Under the pieces are notes generated by a model. The model was not told where the DNA came from and made no database searches. It saw only the letters and a program-made list of their open reading frames with translations. From Coniocarpon cinnabarinum (taxonomy: Eukaryota): a stretch of 20,000 nucleotides of DNA. The stretch lies in contig JAVECO010000131.1 of the NCBI GenBank assembly GCA_051942205.1, positions 46,120 through 66,119 of the forward strand. The letters are read 5' to 3'. Below, in pieces: positions 8,518 through 19,741 of the stretch; positions within the stretch are counted from its first letter, which is position 1, and each line of letters starts with the position of its first letter. Position numbers and translations under genes: made by a program.

Positions 8518-9783
8518 TTAGTCCGTCTCTGCGTGATCCTTGTGAAAAATGGCGTGTCCCCGTCGTCGGTGCCTCACTCGTCCCGCACCCACTGGCAAAG
8601 CCTTCATCGCCCCGTTCTGACAGGTCATTCCATTGGCAACAGGAAGCGGAGCAGCGCACCCAACGTTGCAGGTCCCCCAAGTAGTCGCGCTGAAGCAGAA
8701 AATGGATCCGTCCGCTGCACCGCACGGCTGCTGACCCTGTAAACATTGACCCGGCGAGGGTGCTGGTGCGGGAGAATTGGACTGAGGTGTGCTCGCTTGC
8801 GTCGCTGGCGAGACTGGAGGCGCAGCGGCTGGTCCTTGAGGCGCTGCTTGTGTTGTGGGCTGAGCAGCAGCGTGATCTGCTTGCTTGGGCGCTGCAGCCG
8901 CTGGCGCTTGCGTGGGCGCTGCCGGAGCCGGACCTGGGCCTGCACCACCTTCGGCACCAGCAGACGCCACGTTAGTTGCATCCATTGGGAACCCGTTCAA
9001 AGCTGAAGGGAGGAGCGACGAAGAGACGTTGGTGGGCTTGAGATTGGGCGCTTCGCAGAAGTTCATTGGGTAAATAAAGGTGTCTTTGTTGACTTCAACG
9101 GAGTTGCCCGGGTCGGGAAGCTTGATGGCGTAGTCCTTCACACTGGATTCGCATCCCGCGGCGTTTCCATTATTCGCAACCATGATACTTGGAAGCTTGT
9201 CCCACTCCTGCCAGTCGACGTCGTCACGCTTGACTTTGGGCTTGTCTGATCCTGCGGTCACCTTGAGAGGGGCGCAGTTCATGTACATTTCGCGGTTTCC
9301 GACCTTATTGAACCATGTCCACGCGAAGGTGTAGTCGCCCGGTTCGATCTTTGGGTTCATGGTGAAAAAGTACTTGTCCGGATCGACTGCATCCGGGCCT
9401 CCAGGGGCGTTGCCTGCTATGTTGCGCATGGGACACCCTCCTTCGACGGAGTGAATGACCTTGAAGTCGGACTTCGCAGTGGGCGTCTTGTCTTTGGTCA
9501 GAGAGAACTGGCAGGAGCCGCCACCGTGCACCGCCGAGCCTGTGAACGAGACGAATGACTGCTCGCCCTGGGCTACAGTGGTGGTGTTGGCGCCAGACCA
9601 GTCGTAGTAGCTGGGACCATCTGCTTTGCAGGGATAGTTGTTCTCGAGGGGTGAGTTGGATGGCTGGCCAAAAGGTGGAGGATGTGACATGATCATGTGG
9701 GAAGTGACTCCGGTGATAGTGCACGCTGCCAGCAGCGTGAAGCGAAGGGAGCTCATGTTCATGGATTGCAACTGTGGAGACAT
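8518..9783 (-). CDS. Lytic polysaccharide monooxygenase, AA11 family, with Pro/Ala linker and C-terminal Cys-rich module; intronless
   Basis: Signal peptide ending in GVTS, followed by His (codon 9699-9697) as the predicted mature residue 1. AA11 signatures YPCK, GSAVHGGGSCQFSLT, VIHSVEGGCP and YTFAWTWFNKVGNREMYMNCA. The start could alternatively be Met8 or Met10. Confidence 0.92.
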   Translation of the reverse strand: MSPQLQSMNMSSLRFTLLAACTITGVTSHMIMSHPPPFGQPSNSPLENNYPCKADGPSYYDWSGANTTTVAQGEQSFVSFTGSAVHGGGSCQFSLTKDKTPTAKSDFKVIHSVEGGCPMRNIAGNAPGGPDAVDPDKYFFTMNPKIEPGDYTFAWTWFNKVGNREMYMNCAPLKVTAGSDKPKVKRDDVDWQEWDKLPSIMVANNGNAAGCESSVKDYAIKLPDPGNSVEVNKDTFIYPMNFCEAPNLKPTNVSSSLLPSALNGFPMDATNVASAGAEGGAGPGPAPAAPTQAPAAAAPKQADHAAAQPTTQAAPQGPAAAPPVSPATQASTPQSNSPAPAPSPGQCLQGQQPCGAADGSIFCFSATTWGTCNVGCAAPLPVANGMTCQNGAMKALPVGAGRVRHRRRGHAIFHKDHAETD

Positions 9784-11316
9784 GGTCTTCAGAGTGAACG
9801 AGAAACTGGACCTGCCAGTAGAGGGTTCTATCGAAGAACGAGAATATTTTTTGCTATTTTGTAGTTCCGAAAGGACAGTGTGGTCGAAGAAGGGGAGAAA
9901 TGAATGATGAGTGAAGGAAGGTAAGAAGACAAGAAAAGAATGTCGAGATGTTTATTGGCCTCTGGGGCTCGTTGGCACCTCAGCAACGGATAATCAAACG
10001 AGCTCGATGGCGCAAAGGGCCGGTCGTCACCTTCTGCCTCTCACGCGAAGATATTTGCGGGGCATCCCTCATACCTTTATACGCAAACTCTGAGAAGAGC
10101 GCATGCAGGCGCCGTGCTTGCTGAGCCGCAGAAGCTCGATACGAGCTCGAAACAGCATATTTAGCCCGCATCGGTGCAGCTGGGCCTGTAGGACACAAGA
10201 CGTCTGGGTTCAACTGGCTGTGAAGTTTTTACGATCTGCGGGGCATGCACCCAAGAGGCGCGTGCATGGTTTCGAGTTTGCGCGCTGCTGGTGGATTCCC
10301 AGAGATGGCGCTTAGGAGGGCGGCTATGTCGGTATAGAGGGGCACACCGCGGTCGAGGGTTGCGGAGTGATGAATGTGACATACCATGTTCACGGGCTCC
10401 ATGGCTGGTCACACGTTCATTGCCGCGAAGGTGAATGCAATGGCCCAATATGTGAGGTGCAGTCCAGCACCGATGCTGCTGCGCAGTCGCCAGAGGTCAC
10501 GCTACGGGCTCGAACGACGAGGTGTTGAGTGAACGCCGCGTTGCTGGCGAGACTCACTGCCATTTCCTACGATGCTAGGGCACTGTTCACGAGCGTCGGG
10601 CACTCTTCGCCTTCTCTGTCAACGTCCTCGGGGGCTGTTTGCCGTGGATGCTTCTTCATCAATGCTGACTTGAAAGCAAGGTGAAAGTCATGAACGCGGG
10701 TGCTGCACATAATCTGTGCTGCCACGAAACCAACAGCTTGTTGACTGCTCAGCAGCTCAGTTCCATGTCAGTCGTACAATCTGCCACCGCGAGAAGGTTT
10801 CGCGTAATGAACAGAGATGATGTTAGTGCCGTCGCGCCAGTGTCACTACCTCTCCGCCAAGCGTTCACGCACAGACCAGGCTGCCGCACTTAGCGACAAT
10901 TCACAATGGGCAGATCGGAAATCGGCTCCGAAGGAAGGGGCAGCCCCGATTGGGCGAGCAGCTGACATCACAGTTCTGAATTCACGCGACTCTGAGTGAG
11001 GAGAAAGACGGCCGCGCAGGCCTGTGCGTCTCCATGTCTCAGTGAGACTCCGCAGACTATCTGAGCGTCGCCGCCAGCGTGCCTTGATAACCTCCCTGTG
11101 CTCTGCGCGGCCTCCTTGTCCTTCACTCTCCCACCCGCGCGTCGCCGTCTCCTCGCTCGCCGCTCGGTGGATCTACAAGGATTGGTCGTTCAACGTCGTT
11201 CGCGGAAGTCTGAGTGGAGCCTGTGATTTCATCCGACGTCCCCCACTTCCAGCAAGACTTTGCGCGAATTGTTGCCCTCTCGGCGTCGCCGCGCAATCAT
11301 CATCACCACCACCGTG

Positions 11317-12952
11317 ATGGACGAGAAGGCAAAGTCAAGCTCTCCGCATTCGCCCTCGGACGAGGAAACAATCAAGGACGGCGCCCACTACGATGAAGAG
11401 CAACCGTCACGCCGCCAGTCTATGTTCGCCCGTGGGTCCATCTCCCGGCGCAAAGGCTATGAGGCAGATGACCCCTTCGCGGGCGAAGAGGAGGGCGAAG
11501 TCCAATACCGCACGCTGCGCTGGTGGCAAGCGGCGATGATCATGATCGCCGAGACCATTTCTCTCGGCATCCTCTCGTTGCCATCAGTCCTGGCGCGCGT
11601 GGGCTTCGTGCCCGGCATCATCTTGTTGTTGGGTTTGTCGGCGTTCGCGACATACTCGGGCTATGTGCTGGGTCAGTTCAAGCAGCGGTATCCACAGGTG
11701 CACACCATGGCCGATGCGGGTGCGATCCTGTTTGCGCCGCTGGGGATGGAGGCCATTGGTCGAGAGTTCTTTGGCGCGGCGCAGGTCATATTCTTGATCT
11801 TCACCATGGGTAGCCACATTTTGACGTGGACCATCATGATCTGGACAATGACGGACGGGAACACAGCTCATTGTGCTATTGGATACAGTGTGGCAGGGAT
11901 GATCCTGCTTTGGCTGTTTGATCTTCCAAGGACGATGAAGAATCTGAGCTGGTTTAGCATTGCGTGTAAGTCTCTCTTGCATATTCTAGCGGTCTCCCAG
12001 GCCGTACACAAATCGGAGGTTGGCTGACGAGATACTTTTCATAGCTTTCGCTTCGATCATCGGAGCTGTCTTCATTCTGATGATCGACGTGGGTGTGATC
12101 AAGCCCGACGCTGGCGACATCACCGCGACCAAGCCCGCCAAGTTTACGACGGCGTTCAACTCCGTCTCCAACATCGTGTTCGCCTATGCGGGCCACGTCT
12201 CCTTTTTTTCCTTCATCTCCGAGTTCCGCGACCCTTCCGAATTTCCCAAAGCCCTGTTCCTCCTGCAGGGTGCGGACACGTGCATGTATCTTGTGGTGGC
12301 TGTTGTGGTGGCGTATTACACAGGCCCCGACGTCGACAGTCCGGCACTAGGCGCCGCCAAGGGTGCCGTGAAGAAGGTGGCGTGGGGCATTGCTATACCC
12401 ACGATTGTGATTGCGGGGGTCATCTACGGTCATGTTGCGAGTAAATACATATACGTGCGATTGTTCCGAGGCACGCGACATCTGTCGTCGAATAGCTTCT
12501 TCTCGAGAGCGGTATGGGCAGGTATTGCGTTGGTGTTGTGGTTGATAGCATGGATCTTGGCCGAAAGGTAAGACCAGCTCTGCATTTTGCAACTGAACTC
12601 GAAGAGACTTGGCTGACATGATCGCAGTATTCCGGTATTCAACGATCTGTTGAGCTTGACCAGCGCCCTCTTCGCATCCTGGTTCACTTACGGTCTGAGC
12701 GGTATGCATGACCTGGCTCGTTTATTCAAATCAAGGAAGACTGACGAGATGAAAACAGGTATCTTCTGGCTGTTCATGAACTGGGGCCAATGGTTTGCCG
12801 GCCCACGTAAAATCTTCCTCACATGCGTCAACTTTGCTCTTTTTGGTATCGGCCTCGCCATCTGCGGAATTGGGCTCTACACGAGCGGGTACGCCATCAA
12901 TGAAGATAGCAAGACTAGTTCTGGTTCTTGGAGTTGTCAAGCTCACGAGTGA
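11317..12952 (+). CDS. Amino acid permease, Aa_trans/AAAP family, similar to Neurospora Mtr neutral amino acid transporter; exons 11317-11965, 12045-12567, 12628-12701, 12759-12952; 479 aa
   Basis: Motifs YRTLRWWQAAMIMIAETISLGILSLP, NIVFAYAGHVSFF, IAIPTIVIAGVIYGHV and AESIPVFNDLLSL, plus many hydrophobic helices. Three GT-AG introns (79, 60 and 57 nt), each with a CTGAC branch point, give one continuous frame. Confidence 0.95.
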
Positions 12953-15900
12953 CGGATTCTCGTGTCCTGATAAGCTCACGAGTGATGAGCTCTTCAGCCT
13001 CTGTTTTGCTCAGAGCAAGCATGATTTAGGATTGATTTGGCTTTTGAGTGTGTGCAGTGTAGAGGACTCGATGTCATGAAATTCTACAGGATTTGAATGC
13101 CTCGTTGGAAGAATGACATTCGGACGTGCGAGTTCGATATATATGAACGAAACATGAAGAGGAAGAGGAGTCTTGAGTTCTTGGAGAGGCGGAGAGAACA
13201 CGCCCTTTGTCGTTGAGTTCGTGTCATTACTAAATCCGTCACGACATGCCAAGAAAACGGGAACCCCCTGTGATCTCCTCTGAAATTTGTGATATGATGT
13301 CGTGTCCCTAAGCTGCGACCCATGAATTTGCAGGACTTTTCGACAGCACAAATCTTCTTGCAACTACATCAGAAGGACGATGTAGGAAAGACAGTAATGC
13401 TGCTTCCAGCTCCTTCAGCAGAGGTGTGGAAACTTTTCCAGGCTCTGAGCTAGTCGACCGCGATGATTTCTGCTTCCCATTGCTATCCAAGTGAGACTGC
13501 ACTACCCTTGGCGAGTCTAGGTCCCATCTTCTCTTTTGTAGCGACGCTTTGCCTAGACTTTCGCCCCTTCAACTTTCAGACGTAGTCCAGGTCTGTGGCA
13601 CGGATGAATGTCGTCTGTTTATCGATGGTTCCAACTGGATAGCGCAAAGCATTCGCTGTTGTGCAACCAATCGCGGTGGTTGTGCACTTGCAGTCTGTAA
13701 GACTCAGATGTAAAGTTAACAGTAGCTCCGGATGACCTTCCCCCGAGTAGTTCAGGGCTCCAAACGCTTTGTGAGGCCGGACCTGCTGTTAAGTTTGAAC
13801 AAAGTCCGCAGTCCTCAGCGATCTCAAGCGCCGGGGAGCAGTGGAGCGTTTTTCAGTGTACCTGGACCTGGCAAATTCATACTCGAGATTCTTCAGCCTG
13901 GACTCCCTCTTACAGCCTCGTCGAGCTTCATTCATTTCCGTTGGCCAGAGTTCTTGCGCATACCCGACATTAGATTCCCAACAATGTATGCGTCTGCACA
14001 TTCATCACGACTCATGAGCTGCAAGGAGACACAGCGCGGCATCCACATGTGTCGATTGCCAGATCCCCTTTCACGACAGCACGTTCACGGACAGTCGCAA
14101 TGCCTGCATGCCCCTGCTTTAGGCAGCGCTCCCACCCCTCCACTTCCCATTCAAGAAGGGCGAATCCCAGGTGGGCAACCTTCATGTCCGCAGCCGCCAC
14201 ATCCCTGTCACGAGATGCCAGAAGGCGGATGCACATGCACCTGTCCATGTCCATGTCACTGTGCTGCGGTGTTGCTCGAGGCCAGGTGCGAGTTCGGGGA
14301 AGCAGGAGCTGCTGTCAACTTTTTAAAGTGCCCGGCCTCGCAAGCTCGTGATGCATAAGCTTCTGCGCATGGGGTGGTACGTGGCTGACACTGTATGCTG
14401 TGGTAGATATAGGCATGGTCCTAGCTCCCTAAGGATGGCGTCGAGTCGTCCTAAACAATGGTCTGTGGCCGTATGTCATACTTTCAAGGCGCAGAAGTGT
14501 GTGCGGCTACTGTCATGCTTGATGTTGCGCTATACCTGTGCGTGATGAATTGAACATACGGATAGCCGAAGCATTGCTAGATTATTTTGATGGCGCCTAT
14601 CCTCCTCCGTCCTCGGGCAAAAGGCCAACTCGATGCTGTTACACAAAAGGCACGAGCCATCGCCGACTCCCCGTAAGGCGCCGCAACAGATCGATTCGAT
14701 GGTAACGCAAAAAGGTGAGCTTGTTGAACAGGTTGGCCTGGACCTCGAAGCGGATGAAGATTGCCTTCTGCAGACCCTCCGCGGTCTACCATGTGATCTT
14801 CAACCACCTACATACCCCTCAGCTGCTCCAGAATGCGCCACATTCCTGCAAATGCATATGGTGTGGCGGTCCCCACTCCTTTCTCACAAGCGTGCAGCGG
14901 GAGAATCCGTCTCTTCGTTAAGCATTCAAGCTTATGCGGGTCGATCCAGGCAGGAAGCCTTTCGCTATGCGTCATGTCGTTATGAATCCGCGCCGCCATG
15001 GATAGTGAAGAGGTGCTGTCGTCATTGAGAAATGCCATCTCCTTCGTCACGCGTCTCGATGAGCGACCGGTGTCTAGACGCTTTCACGTCAGGAGAGGCA
15101 CAATTTGAATTCCATCAAAGACCCCGAGAGGCTCTTTGACTGTGGTATAGTAGATTTGGAAAGCGTGGCCTGCATATAGCCATGAAAGCAAGGTAGTGGG
15201 GAAAAAGGGCCAATTGCTTCTCAACGTTGAGCGGATGATGGCGAATGCACCGGCAGATGGACTCGGGAACGCTGTTTGAGGCCAGCGTCGACGTCGTGGT
15301 GGCTGTTTCATCGACACTACGCATACGCCACGGGCCACTCCTCCAAAGGGGCACCCCATCTAAAGCATGCGCACTGCGAGGACCAGCAGCATTTGTCACT
15401 GGGTCAAGGAATAGGAGAAGAGAGAGCGTGTGGCGCAAGAAATGACGAGACAGAAGCGAGGTGAAATAAAGGCGGTTTTGTACTACAAGACAGATCGGGC
15501 AGGACCAGGCATGTGACACTGATCGTGCAGGCCGTTATGTCACCTTTCAACGCCGTACCAGATACCGGGTTGGCTGTGCCGCATGCATGATCTGCGTTGT
15601 TTTTGCAACGGCTTGCTTTGCAGTAGCCATCATGCCAGCTGCAATCTCTAAACCACATTGACGTAACAGTGAGGGTGGACTGTTGAGAGGATGACATTTC
15701 ATTGGCGACGGCTAAATGTATTTGCCCTACAGTCGCGCTTGGACCAAACACATAGCAATGGATCAAGTGCTGTCAGATCCTCAGACCTTACCACCGCTGG
15801 GGTCTCCGCTCATGTTGAGGAGCAATGGCAGCGGTGAAAATTATTGCTGCTCCGCTCTTCATCCTGCAGATATTCTATGCCACGGGGTTTGAATATGCCT

Positions 15901-18340
15901 TCCGAGGCGAAGGCCACCACCTGATCCGATATGTGTGCTGGTTTGTCAGACCGCAGTCGGCTCATGAGCCAGCGAGGGATGCTCAAGCAAATTTTGGTGG
16001 GGCAGACCTGTTGAAGGCAAGACTCAAAAGTTCACGTTGGCAATGCCAACGGCTTCCGCCGTCAAACCCTCGACATGGTGCTGCTGTGCTGTCAATCTGC
16101 ACCAGTGGACGGAAATGCTGCTCACGCAACCTCCGCTCGTTAAGCTCCTTGGTCGCGTTTTGTCCGGGGAAATATCGATACATCTTAGACTTTACGTTTT
16201 GTGCGAGGTAGCTTAATCTTCTGCTGGTCTCCATAGTTTACATGCAGTGCACATTGGTCCTATGCCAGCGCATGAAGCGAGTCTACGCAGGCAGGAACGA
16301 GAGCACTAGACACCTTGATAGGTTTTCTGACCGTTGAGCTTTCGATCTGAATATCGTGGCTATCAGGTGTACGGCCCCGTGAAGATGCCGGTCACAGGTG
16401 AATCTAACGATTAATCCGAGGCAGGACCAACAGATTGCCCATCTTATCAATGTCCTCCAAGCCATTGAGACTGCGCTGGATAGGTCTAGGATTTGATAAT
16501 ATTGGAATCACAAAGAACAAGCTTAGGGTCAAATTACCATGTTGCAGCAGAGTAGATAACTTCAGCTACCCAGACGCGAACGCAGATCGATGTCACATAC
16601 GTTTGTTCCGAGTGCAAAGGACCCAGTACTCATGTGCAGACAAGGTCTTGACGCCAGAGTAATCATGTAGTGCGGCAGAAGGAATATACTGTTTATGTGC
16701 TCTGATTACTTATCTTTGAGACGATCAGTCTTTGCTGCCAACGACTTCTTTGTTGCAAGTGAGACACTCAGTGGCCAGGCAGGATCGTTCTTAAGTGCAA
16801 GGGTGTCCGGGTTTCTCAAGCATACTGCTGAAGAGCAAGCAAAGGTGAAAGCCCTGATCCCACTATCGTACTCGTTCCCAGCGAAGACATGTCATTGTGA
16901 GCAGAAGGCCAGCTCGGGTGCCGGTGCGCTCAATGAGGGAGCAACTGAGGGCATAGTCACCTGTGTGAGAGAAAGCAGAAAAACTAGAACCTTGCGGGTG
17001 CACAATCTAGTAATGCTACGGTCAGTGCGTGAAATGATTTCTGCTCCCCATGCTAGTCGATGCTCGGACACCTTCCGAGCAAGAGAGCTGACGGCTCCAC
17101 GGAGATCCATCAACGCTTGAGGAAGATGGAGCAGTAAACGTAGCCAAAGGATTGTAGCATCCGTGTACCGAAGTGCAGAGCGTTGGTAAGGGTGAGCAAG
17201 AATCCGCAGGCAGACCACGGCATTTGAGCCTGCCGCCGCGACAATCCCTTCACTTTGCGAGGCTGTAGCCACAATGGGTGCACTTTCCGTGGGCACGGGA
17301 GACGGTTCGGCTTGGGAATCTATTGCAGCCTTGAATGAAGCGCCACGCGCTTTGGCCATTGCTGTAACTGTAGCCAGCTCGGGCCACGCGTACTAATATT
17401 TGGAAAAAGGAAAAAGGCATTCGCTCTTGATGCGAAGCGGTGAAGAAGCGCAAGCCGCGCCCGTCCGTGCCCTGCAAATGCGCGGCATACCAGCCAAAGA
17501 CGCGGGAACATCAGACTTGAGGCGAGGACCATTTCCCGTTAGAAACGTTGCACTGAAGCTGGCTTTCGAAGGGGCCATTATCTGAGGAACGGGTCGTGTG
17601 AGGGGTCGTAGATACGTACTCCGCAAGAGCCACGTGCCTTGGCGATCGAAAAGGTGGAGGCGCCAGCTTTGTCACCAGATCCTCTGGAGCCCAGGCCTGG
17701 AAATCGTCATGTGTAGAAGCGCCTGTTTGTTCTCGTTCTTGCAAGCCTAATTCTCGCTAAAGCGTTTCGAGTGCCATCCACGCGCCTTGTGGGGCTTGCA
17801 ATGGGGTGATCAAGTGTTGCGCATGCCAACCTATGGTTCACACACTTCGGACCCGACGCAGGTTGAGAATTTTTCATGCCATAATGTGGACATATTTGAG
17901 GATGTGGGAGCTGACATGCATGTGCATTAGTGCGAAGCCAAGATCGCAACGTCTAATTGGCTGGGCTTTGATGTGCTAACACACGGCTTAACGATGCCAG
18001 CAAAGTATATCATCGTCATGATAGCCGAGGGATGCGAGTGACCGCGCATCGACACCCTGAGCCTTTTGAGTTGCAATGGACGGAACAGGAGGTAATCACG
18101 CCCAGCCATTCTCACCTGGTCGTGGTTTGTCGCTGAGAAACCGCTGTGTTGACGCTGCTGTGTTGCCCGAAAGCGCTTGCACGATACTGAGAACTGGATC
18201 AGGCGGTAGGCGATCTCCGCGGTAAGCGACAATTAATTGATGACGATCGTGAGAATTGAGTTTTGGAACGCTGATCCCATTGGGTTGCTGTCAAGCCCCT
18301 TGTAACATGACAGAGCTGAATGGTGCAGCTCAGCATCTTA

Positions 18341-19286
18341 CTAGTCTGTCACTCCGGTTGCTGCCATCCGCGTTTTTGTGATACACTTGAGCAGACGGCC
18401 AGTCATTTCGTGTATCGCCTTCTCTGGCTCGTCCATCGGCACCTCATCTGACATTCGACGAAAGGCCAGACCCAATTGGGAGAGATATTTGAAAAAGTCT
18501 GCGTAAGCCTTGGAGAGGATGGCTCGGCCCAGTGCGGTGCCCTCTTCTTGATCCAGGAGAGTGTCGCCCAGGGATGCCGGGGTCTTGATGCATTCGATGG
18601 ATGTGCTGAAAACAGGTGTTGAAGAGCCACCTGTCATTCACGCGGGCGTCAATGGGCGGGCTCAGCGGACAGTGGAGGGAACCCACGAGGGAGCACACTC
18701 ACTGTTGGAGGGTGTCGCAAAGCCAAATTCCTTGGCCGCGGCCTCATACATGGCCACCTGCCTTTGCGTGGCGAGGTAAAACAGCTGTAATTGAGCCGGG
18801 TCGGAGGAGCAAGCGCGACAGTTGGCCGCCTTTGTCCACGCCGTCGTCAAGCTCTCGCCGTTGTTGACGATGGTTGCCAGGTCGACGCGGCCGCTGGTGG
18901 GACTACCCAGGGCGAGGAAGGGAAGTCGAGCCACACATGGGCATCGCTGTTGTGGCCACGACATCTGTGTAGACGGACCTTGTTAGTAATGGCGGGAGAC
19001 GTATGGCTCGTTGAGTGGTGCAAGCCCAGGGCGCGGTCGGTCCCGATCACGGACTCACCTGCGAAACGTCGCTCCAGCTGCTTGCAGGGGAAGCGCTACT
19101 GTGGCCGGTGGTACTGGCGATGCTGTTGTTGGCCGCGGTGGGAGTGGTCGTGCCGCCAAAGTGGTTCTCATTCAATGTCGTGGCGATGCTGGTGAGGCTG
19201 GTGGGGACGCTGTTGACACGACTGCGGCTGCCAAACGCATGGTCTCTGGCACTGGTGCTGAGGGAGGCGGAGGTGGAACAGGCCAT
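18341..19286 (-). CDS. Hypothetical protein resembling the AflR-type C-terminal region of fungal Zn2Cys6 regulators; exons 19286-19059, 18964-18703, 18630-18341; 259 aa; 5' end uncertain
   Basis: Intron 19058-18965 (GTGAGT..TACTAAC..CAG) and intron 18702-18631 (GTGAGT..CAG) join three ORF fragments in frame. The product has a Ser/Thr-rich N-terminus, then CPC...VDLATIV...CRAC...SLGDTLLDQEEGTALGRAIL. Confidence 0.72.
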
Positions 19287-19717
19287 GTGCTGGCGGCGGA
19301 ACGCGAGCGAGAGTCGTGAGAGGGCAGGAGCAGCTAGAGCTGTGGGGGAAGCCTGGAGGTTTAGCGGGGTGAGGAGTCCGTGGTACTAGTCACGACGGCG
19401 CGCAGATCTGCCGTTATCGATATCTTCAACTCTGGCGCAACTCCAGCGCCTCAAACAGCAAGTCTGGGGCAGGCACTGGCAGGAGGGCGGTGGCAGACAA
19501 ACGTACAGATGGGAGCATGATGCAAAAGATATACTCGCGGCTCCGGACGATTTGCAGGGACATGAAATCATAACAGATCTGGCGCGGAAGCTTCTCCGCC
19601 TCGCAATCCCCCGTGTTGTAGATACATCCAGGGCGTTGGGCAGGGGCCTGTGCCTGCTCACTCGGGGGGAGTGGGAGGGGAGTGTCGGCGGACGCGGACT
19701 CAGATAATGTACTTCCG

Positions 19718-19741
19718 TACCTACCTACCTACCTACCTACC
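19718..19741. repeat. (TACC)6 microsatellite
   Basis: Direct reading of six TACC units. Confidence 0.9.

Noticed and set aside
11034..11045. Tiny uORF ATG TCT CAG TGA upstream of the permease
   Set aside because: Cannot tell whether it is within the transcript, and such short ORFs are common by chance.
11260..11316. Upstream TTG extension of the permease
   Set aside because: Non-ATG start. The ATG at 11317 has a good context and gives a typical family length.
13732..14358. 208-aa plus-strand ORF with CTCTCPCPCHC
   Set aside because: The Cys run derives from a short TGTCCA-type repeat. No recognisable domain or coding bias.
13000..18300. Transposon or RIP-degraded repeat explaining the gene-poor region
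   Set aside because: No terminal repeats, no transposase or reverse transcriptase motifs, and no strong AT/TpA enrichment were visible.
19386..19661. Cys-rich minus ORF as the missing Zn2Cys6 domain
   Set aside because: The Cys spacing does not fit CxxCx6Cx5-12CxxCx6C, it starts at GTG, and it ends in a stop before the downstream exon.
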